A stretch of 64,000 bases of DNA from Bacteroidales bacterium (GTDB lineage: Bacteria > Bacteroidota > Bacteroidia > Bacteroidales > VadinHA17). Under the pieces are notes generated by a model, which made no database searches, was not told the DNA's origin, and was given only the letters and a program-made list of their open reading frames with translations. The stretch is taken from the NCBI GenBank assembly GCA_049654745.1, contig JBASIK010000183.1, positions 1,001 through 65,000 of the forward strand, in the 5' to 3' direction. Positions 58,101 to 64,000 of this stretch are shown piece by piece (the first letter of the stretch is position 1; each line of letters opens with the position of its first letter). Position numbers and translations under genes: made by a program.

Positions 58101-59747
58101 ATGAATTCTTTTATCATTCCCACCACAATTCCTTCTTTGTTCTCAGAAACTTTGAAAAAAAATGGCGACAGAAACGCTTTATCTTTCATAGACGAAAAGC
58201 CATTGACATACAAAGAAGTAGATCAGAAAATCAACTCACTTATTAATTTTCTCGAAAAGAATAATATCAAAAAAGGTGACAGAGTTGCTATTCTTGGAAC
58301 AAATATGCCCAACTGGGGTATTTCATTTTATGCGGTCACCTTTAAAGGCGCCGTAGCAGTTCCTATATTACCCGATTTTTCAAAATCAGAAATTCAGAAT
58401 GTGATAAATCATTCTGAATCTAAACTTTTAATAATATCATCTTCACTTTTGTCAAAGATTGAACACCTGGATGGTAATCAACTGAAGACAGTTGTATTGA
58501 TGGAAAATTTTTTACCAGTCAAAACTTCAGGAGAATTTGTCGCTTACTCAGAAAATTCAAGGCCATCCGAAAAATATTCCGTCAATTGTGAGGACCTTGC
58601 CTCAATAATTTATACATCCGGAACAACCGGAAAGTCTAAAGGAGTAATGCTTTCGCATGGTAACATAACATTTAATGCCATTGCGGGTAGCAAAATCCAT
58701 TATCTTGACGAAAACGACAGGTTCCTTTCGGTACTTCCACTGTCGCACACATACGAAAACACCCTCGGCCTCATTCTTCCAATGCTCAGGGGGGCCTGTG
58801 TTTATTACCTTAGAAAGCCACCAACCCCGGCAGTACTTCTTCCTGCACTTGGCAAGGTCAGACCAACAGCCATGTTGACAGTTCCACTTATTATCGAAAA
58901 GATATATTTCAATAAAATATTGCCATCTCTTCGTAAAAACATAATGATCCGCTCTATTTACAAAATACCTCCTATTCGAAAACTTCTCAACCGTTTGGCA
59001 GGCAAGAAATTAATGAAAACATTCGGAGGAGAGCTCAGGTTTTACGGAATAGGTGGAGCCAAGCTTAACAGCACCGTTGAAAAATTTCTCATAGAAGCAT
59101 CTTTTCCATATGCAATTGGATATGGACTTACTGAAACATCGCCTCTTCTAGCTGGTGCCGGCCCTGCGAATTCTGTTTATGAATCAACAGGTCCTTCTAT
59201 TGAAGGAGTTGAACTTAAAATTCACAATCCTGATCCAGTAACAGGAGAAGGTGAAATATGGGCAAAGGGCCCAAATGTAATGATTGGCTACTTTAAAGAT
59301 CCGGAACTAACAGCAGAAGTTATTACTTCAGATGGGTGGTTTAAGACAGGAGATCTTGGTGTGTTTGATAAAAGGAATAATCTATACATTAAAGGAAGGG
59401 CAAAAAATGTAATTGTAGGAGCAAGCGGAGAAAATATCTATCCTGAGGAGATCGAATCACTGATTAACAGCTTCAGACATGTTGTAGAATCTATTGTAAT
59501 CGAACAAAAGGGCAAACTCGTTGCCCTTGTCCACCTTAACATTGAGGAGATTGAAAAGAAATACAACATTATGAAAAATGAAGCTTCAAGGCGGTTTGAA
59601 GAAAAAAAGGAAGAAATTCTCAGGGAGATTCAGGAATATGTCAATTCAAAAGTCAATAAATTCAGCCGAATAAGCAAAGTTGTATATCAGCCTTTACCAT
59701 TCGAAAAAACAGCCACCCAGAAAATAAAAAGATATATTTATAAATAA
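58101..59747 (+). CDS. AMP-dependent long-chain fatty-acid--CoA ligase
   Basis: AMP-binding signature IIYTSGTTGKSKGV, followed by GYGLTETS and WFKTGDLG. Confidence 0.85.
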   Translation: MNSFIIPTTIPSLFSETLKKNGDRNALSFIDEKPLTYKEVDQKINSLINFLEKNNIKKGDRVAILGTNMPNWGISFYAVTFKGAVAVPILPDFSKSEIQNVINHSESKLLIISSSLLSKIEHLDGNQLKTVVLMENFLPVKTSGEFVAYSENSRPSEKYSVNCEDLASIIYTSGTTGKSKGVMLSHGNITFNAIAGSKIHYLDENDRFLSVLPLSHTYENTLGLILPMLRGACVYYLRKPPTPAVLLPALGKVRPTAMLTVPLIIEKIYFNKILPSLRKNIMIRSIYKIPPIRKLLNRLAGKKLMKTFGGELRFYGIGGAKLNSTVEKFLIEASFPYAIGYGLTETSPLLAGAGPANSVYESTGPSIEGVELKIHNPDPVTGEGEIWAKGPNVMIGYFKDPELTAEVITSDGWFKTGDLGVFDKRNNLYIKGRAKNVIVGASGENIYPEEIESLINSFRHVVESIVIEQKGKLVALVHLNIEEIEKKYNIMKNEASRRFEEKKEEILREIQEYVNSKVNKFSRISKVVYQPLPFEKTATQKIKRYIYK

Positions 59748-59800
59748 AGATAAAATATTGTATATCAATATGTCCTTTCTCAGGGGACTCAGGAGTTAAA

Positions 59801-59830
59801 ACAAAAAAGAGGCTTTTTAGAAAGCCTCTT
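59801..59830 (-). terminator. rho-independent terminator after the superoxide dismutase gene
   Basis: 10-bp stem AAGAGGCTTT/AAAGCCTCTT (59807..59830) with a 4-nt loop. A T-run follows on the minus strand. Confidence 0.55.
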
Positions 59831-59873
59831 AAAAACCTGATATTTTTATCAGCACAACAGGTAAAAACTCTCA

Positions 59874-60608
59874 TTAAAGCGTTAAAGCTTTTCTATAACG
59901 CTTTTCAACTTCCTGCCAGTTAACAACATTCCAGAAATTGTCGACATATTCAGCACGTCTGTTCTGGTATTTGAGATAATAGGCATGTTCCCAGACATCT
60001 ATTGTTAAAAGCGGCGTTCCTTTTATTGTCGAAACATCCATTACAGGACTATCCTGATTTGGAGTGCTCCCCACAGCCAGTTTTTTGTCGGTTGTAAGAT
60101 AAAGCCATGCCCATCCACTTCCAAAGTGTGTTTTTGCAGCATTACTGAATAGTTCTTTGAACCTGTCGTAAGATCCAAAAGCTGATTCTAATGCTTTAAC
60201 CATTTCGGATGATGGTGTGGATAATCCTTTTGCCATATTCTCCCAGAAAAGAACATGATTAAAATATCCGCCACCCTGGTTCCTTACCGCAACAGGATAT
60301 CGTGATACATTTTTCAGAATCTCTTCCGCCGTGAGATTTTCAGATTCTGTCCCTTTGATTGCGGCAACAAAGTTGTTGTAATAAGCCCTGTGATGTTTAT
60401 CATAATGTATTTCCATTGTACGGGCATCAATCCAGGGTTCGAGTGCATCATAGGCATAAGGTAATGCCGGAAATAAAATTTTACTTGTACTCATCTGTTC
60501 CATAGTTTCAGATTTAATTATTTCTTTGCCGGTTAAAAGCGCATTCCCTGTAAGAAGAAACAAAGAGGCACCTGCTCCGGCTGATTTAAAAAATTTTCTT
60601 CTGTTCAT
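59874..60608 (-). CDS. Fe/Mn superoxide dismutase with an N-terminal Tat signal
   Basis: The motif NRRKFFKSAGAGASLFLL precedes a canonical SOD core (PALPYAYDALEP, HYDKHH, DVWEHAYY). Confidence 0.9.
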   Translation of the reverse strand: MNRRKFFKSAGAGASLFLLTGNALLTGKEIIKSETMEQMSTSKILFPALPYAYDALEPWIDARTMEIHYDKHHRAYYNNFVAAIKGTESENLTAEEILKNVSRYPVAVRNQGGGYFNHVLFWENMAKGLSTPSSEMVKALESAFGSYDRFKELFSNAAKTHFGSGWAWLYLTTDKKLAVGSTPNQDSPVMDVSTIKGTPLLTIDVWEHAYYLKYQNRRAEYVDNFWNVVNWQEVEKRYRKALTL

Positions 60609-60833
60609 TATTTTTATTTATTGTAATTTTACATCTACAATTTAAATAATTCACAGATAATAACAAAACAATACTTAAGTTTGTTCAAAACAAGCAGAAA
60701 AAATTAGACAACTTTTTATACTTTGACTATATTATTAAATTGAATATCAAATAATTATTTGGCAATACTTTTTTGAGTGTTTTTGCAATATTTTATTTGG
60801 AATCACCGTTTTATAATAAAAATGAATTGGAAA

Positions 60834-61667
60834 ATGAAAAAGTTATTTGTTGCTTTTCTGGTTCTGGTTCTGGTTCCCGTTTTCCAGAGTTGTGAGAAGA
60901 AGGGAAATCCACCAGTAATTCCTCCTTTTGAGACCATGGCTATTGATTTCAGCAATTTCTCAACAGAGACAAAATCTTTCCAGCAGTTTGATTTACCTAA
61001 AAGTACTGTTGCAGTTCCCAATCTCAACTGGAGCATAGCGGCAACCGTAGCAGGAGTCTGGAATACTCTTCTTTTCGTCAATCTGGCGGTTCCGGTAGCG
61101 GCATTTAAAAAAGCCCTTGAAACGAAGCCCAGCTACCTGGATAACAAAAAGTGGCAATGGAAATATAGTGTTGATGTTCTATCCGTAAAATATACCGCAA
61201 GATTAACCGGACAGATTTCTTCAACAGGAGTCAAATGGGAGATGTATATTTCACGTGAAGGAGCAGGAGGTTTTGCTGAATTCCTTTGGTTTGAAGGCAC
61301 TTCTGCACCTGATGGTAAAAGCGGGCAGTGGGTATTGTACCATAATTGGCAGGAACAGGTTCCTGTTCTGCAGATCGACTGGAAAATAACAGGCACTGAG
61401 GTCAATTCAGTAAAATATACTTATATAAAAACCGGGAGCGCAATGAAAGACAGCTATATTGAGTACGGCCTTACCACAGGTGATTTAAATGCCTACTATA
61501 ATGTTCATTACTATGAATCCACCTCAATGCTGAAATTTATTGATGTACAAATTAAATGGAGTACTACTGGACATCACGGCAGGATAAAAGCTCCCGACTA
61601 TTTCGGTGACGACCTCTGGCATTGCTGGGATAGTAACTATAACGATACTGAGTGCCCGAGCAGGTAG
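60834..61667 (+). CDS. hypothetical lipoprotein
   Basis: The start is set at MKKLFVAFLVLVLVPVFQSC (lipobox). The protein is beta-rich with no recognisable motif. Confidence 0.45.
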   Translation: MKKLFVAFLVLVLVPVFQSCEKKGNPPVIPPFETMAIDFSNFSTETKSFQQFDLPKSTVAVPNLNWSIAATVAGVWNTLLFVNLAVPVAAFKKALETKPSYLDNKKWQWKYSVDVLSVKYTARLTGQISSTGVKWEMYISREGAGGFAEFLWFEGTSAPDGKSGQWVLYHNWQEQVPVLQIDWKITGTEVNSVKYTYIKTGSAMKDSYIEYGLTTGDLNAYYNVHYYESTSMLKFIDVQIKWSTTGHHGRIKAPDYFGDDLWHCWDSNYNDTECPSR

Positions 61668-62924
61668 TTAACTGTTAAGCTCTTTAAGGGTTTCCACCAT
61701 CGAAACAATGTTCTCAACCGGAACATTGGCCTGTATATTGTGTACTGTATTAAAAACAAAACCTCCTCCCTCTCCAAAAATTCTACAGTTTTCTATTACC
61801 TGTCTGCGTACTTCCTGAGGTGTTCCGAAAGCAAGAACCTTCTGGGTATCAACACCGCCACCCCAGAATACAATATCTTTTCCGTATTTCTTTTTCAGCT
61901 GAACTGGATTCATACCTGCTGCATTAATCTGGACCGGATTAAGTATATCGAACCCGCATTCAATAAATTTCCTTATAAAGGGTTCAACTGCACCACATGA
62001 ATGTTTGAAAGTCTTCCATCTTGTGTTGCTGTGTATCCAGTCATTCATCTTTTTGTAATAGGGAGCATATAGTCTATCGAAAACCTCACCGCTGCAAAAT
62101 GTTGAAGTCTGAGTTCCAAAATCAGTGCCGCAGATAAATACAACATCAACAGCATCGCCTCCCGCTTTTTGCAGCTTCGAAAGATTTTGCAAAGCTATAT
62201 CCGTCTGTTTTTCAAAAATCTTATGCAGATAATCCTGCCTGGCAACAGTAGAAATATACCATTCTGCTACATCTCTTATACCTTTTGGGCATTTGAGATT
62301 CAGCCCGGGAACAAGTGCAATATCTCCAATTGCAGTTCCACCAAAATTTGCAACTACTGCTTTATTGCTTTTTCTGGCAAGGTCAAATTGTTTTTTCCAC
62401 CATGCAATATCTTCTTCCTGTATCAGGCTAAATTCCTCAAGGTTATCCTCAACATTGAGATTATTCTCATCTATTGGTTCCTGACGGATAATAGCATCAA
62501 AAAAATACCCTGCTTTTGGCATTTTTGCACATGGAGGCACAGAAGTATCTCCTTCCGGATAAATCAGCAAAGCACCATCTTCATCAAATGTTGTATTAAA
62601 CTTCTCTGGCAATAATACAACCTGTCCCCAGAATGTTCTGAATTCTTTCCACCCTTCATCCTGTGGAATTCCAAACATGTTTTTTCGTGATGTTAGTCCG
62701 ATAACATCCGTCCCCAATATCTCTGCAAGATCTTCATCAATCTCCCCCAGCATTTGAAAAGGCTCAATTACCTTTACCGGTTTCTTTTCAAGTCCGTAAT
62801 AATTTCTGAGGTTTTCCACTGCCCTGACATGAATACCTGTTACGCTGGTACTTCCGAAATCTACAGGTATTCTTCCTGTTTCTTTATGGTCAAGGGCTGC
62901 AAGAATAATTTCTTTTGAAGTCAT
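61668..62924 (-). CDS. uroporphyrinogen decarboxylase (URO-D) family protein, MtaA/CmuA-like
   Basis: 418 aa with an N-terminal IILAALDHKETGRIPVD and a TIM-barrel-like pattern ending FNTVHNIQANVPVENI. Assigned from memory of URO-D-like proteins. Confidence 0.6.
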   Translation of the reverse strand: MTSKEIILAALDHKETGRIPVDFGSTSVTGIHVRAVENLRNYYGLEKKPVKVIEPFQMLGEIDEDLAEILGTDVIGLTSRKNMFGIPQDEGWKEFRTFWGQVVLLPEKFNTTFDEDGALLIYPEGDTSVPPCAKMPKAGYFFDAIIRQEPIDENNLNVEDNLEEFSLIQEEDIAWWKKQFDLARKSNKAVVANFGGTAIGDIALVPGLNLKCPKGIRDVAEWYISTVARQDYLHKIFEKQTDIALQNLSKLQKAGGDAVDVVFICGTDFGTQTSTFCSGEVFDRLYAPYYKKMNDWIHSNTRWKTFKHSCGAVEPFIRKFIECGFDILNPVQINAAGMNPVQLKKKYGKDIVFWGGGVDTQKVLAFGTPQEVRRQVIENCRIFGEGGGFVFNTVHNIQANVPVENIVSMVETLKELNS

Positions 62925-63000
62925 ACTTCTTCAAATTATTAATTCAAAGTAGAAAGATAATATTTTCTTTAATAAATTCTTTTTTTGCTTATTTTGCGCC

Positions 63001-63642
63001 ATGAATTTATTTTCCAGTTTCAGAATGAAACTATCGACGGGTCATAAAGCTATTCTGTTTATCCTCCTCATCCTGTTGGTTGATCAGGCGCTAAAAATAT
63101 GGGTCAAAACACATATGACAATAGGCCAGGAAATACCAATTTTTGGCAGATATGGAATGCTGCATTTTATCGAAAATAATGGTATGGCATTCGGCATGGA
63201 GCTCGGGGGCAAAGGGGGTAAAATTTTACTTAGCATCTTCAGAATTATAGCTATTGCTGGAATAAGCTGGTACCTTTCAATACTTATCAAAAAAAATGCA
63301 AACTGGAGCCTGATTATGGCAGTAAGTGCAATAGTGGCAGGCGCTTCCGGCAATTTCATCGACAGCGCCTTTTACGGCATTATCTTTAGTGAAAGTACTT
63401 ATGATAAAGTTGCAGTATTGTTCCCTCCAGAAGGTGGATATTCATCATTGCTTCTTGGTAAGGTCGTTGATATGTTCTATTTTCCTGTAATAAATACTAC
63501 ATGGCCCGACTGGTCGCCAATAAAGCCGGGTCAGCAATTTATATTTTTCAGGCCTGTATTCAATATCTCTGATGCTGCAATAACCTGTGGAGTCTTTTCA
63601 ATTATTATTTTCCAGAAAAAAATGTTCAAAAACATTAGCTGA
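63001..63642 (+). CDS. lspA: lipoprotein signal peptidase (signal peptidase II)
   Basis: Four TM helices. The motifs are NNGMAFG, GASGNFIDS, VVDMFYF and FNISDAAI. Confidence 0.85.
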   Translation: MNLFSSFRMKLSTGHKAILFILLILLVDQALKIWVKTHMTIGQEIPIFGRYGMLHFIENNGMAFGMELGGKGGKILLSIFRIIAIAGISWYLSILIKKNANWSLIMAVSAIVAGASGNFIDSAFYGIIFSESTYDKVAVLFPPEGGYSSLLLGKVVDMFYFPVINTTWPDWSPIKPGQQFIFFRPVFNISDAAITCGVFSIIIFQKKMFKNIS

Positions 63643-63727
63643 TTTCTGTAAATTTCTTTCCTTCATAATTTCCTTGCGTCGATAAGAAATATTACAAAGT
63701 AAATGACATTCTGCCATTTATTTTTCG

Positions 63728-63735
63728 TAAGTTTG
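63728..63735 (+). promoter_or_regulatory. candidate -7 box for the polyprenyl synthase gene
   Basis: TAAGTTTG lies 36 nt upstream of the ATG at 63771. Confidence 0.35.
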
Positions 63736-63770
63736 AAAATTAATAATCATTTATTCATTGTTTTTTATCT

Positions 63771-64000
63771 ATGTCTGCGCTTTCAGAAATTAGACGACCT
63801 GTAGAAAAAGAGATGGCTGAATTTGAACGGTTTTTCAACAGGTCCTTTAAAAGCGAAGTGCCATTGCTGAAAATAATACTGAATTACATTTTCAGAAGAA
63901 AAGGCAAGCAGATGAGGCCACTTCTTGTATTCCTCTCTGCACGGCTTAACGGGGAGATAAATGAATCTGCATATGTTGCTGCAACACTGATTGAACTGCT
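63771..64000 (+). CDS. polyprenyl diphosphate synthase, 5' partial (runs off the window)
   Basis: My own translation is MSALSEIRRPVEKEMAEFERFF...KGKQMRPLLVFLSARL...AATLIEL. This matches the N-terminus of trans-isoprenyl diphosphate synthases. Confidence 0.7.
   Translation, partial: MSALSEIRRPVEKEMAEFERFFNRSFKSEVPLLKIILNYIFRRKGKQMRPLLVFLSARLNGEINESAYVAATLIEL

Noticed and set aside
59662-59874. 70-aa ORF in the fadD/SOD spacer. Similar small ORFs occur at 19045..19254 and 52927..53154.
   Set aside because: They span terminators, promoters or gene starts. Their composition is hydrophobic and low-complexity, with no plausible start context.
1-64000. CRISPR arrays, transposases/integrases, prophage or known defence modules.
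   Set aside because: No repeat-spacer periodicity was seen. No ORF has recognisable transposase, integrase, nuclease-helicase defence, toxin-antitoxin or phage structural motifs.

Overview
This is a low-GC chromosomal segment from a Bacteroidota-type organism. The supporting signals are a SusC/SusD pair, a T9SS C-terminal sorting domain, many lipoprotein signal peptides, and recurrent TAnnTTTG -7 promoter boxes. About 53 protein genes are tightly packed, plus one tRNA-Asn(GTT).

The left third (1..19 kb) is an alpha-glucan utilisation region. It holds a maltose operon (MFS transporter, beta-phosphoglucomutase, GH65 maltose phosphorylase, two GH13 lipoproteins). This operon converges on a Sus-like PUL (SusC, SusD, SusE/F-like, then GH53 and a T9SS-tagged GH13). 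A divergent LacI regulator follows, and its ORF runs into the tRNA-Asn gene.

The rest is mostly housekeeping: polA, rsgA, dtd, deoC, rnpA, queD, lspA, a PPi-type PFK, SOD, TldD/PmbA, S41 and M14 peptidases, and MFS and MntP transporters. A few poorly characterised genes are interspersed.

I see no CRISPR array, transposase, integrase, phage genes or recognisable defence system. I cannot point to a clear-cut novel multi-gene system.

The most unusual things I can read directly from the sequence are:
- A hybrid sensor kinase whose phospho-acceptor His and ATP-lid motifs are all substituted. It sits 1.3 kb from an intact orphan kinase.
- A signal-less GH16-fold protein in which the catalytic ExDxxE reads HINICT. 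It is fused to a threefold helical repeat and sits next to an ECF sigma / anti-sigma / beta-barrel module.
- A Tat-signal TldD with a signal-less PmbA partner, beside an M14 peptidase carrying DxDxDG calcium-loop inserts.
- The LacI ORF overlapping the antisense tRNA-Asn.

All family assignments come from motif recognition by eye. No BLAST or HMM search was run.
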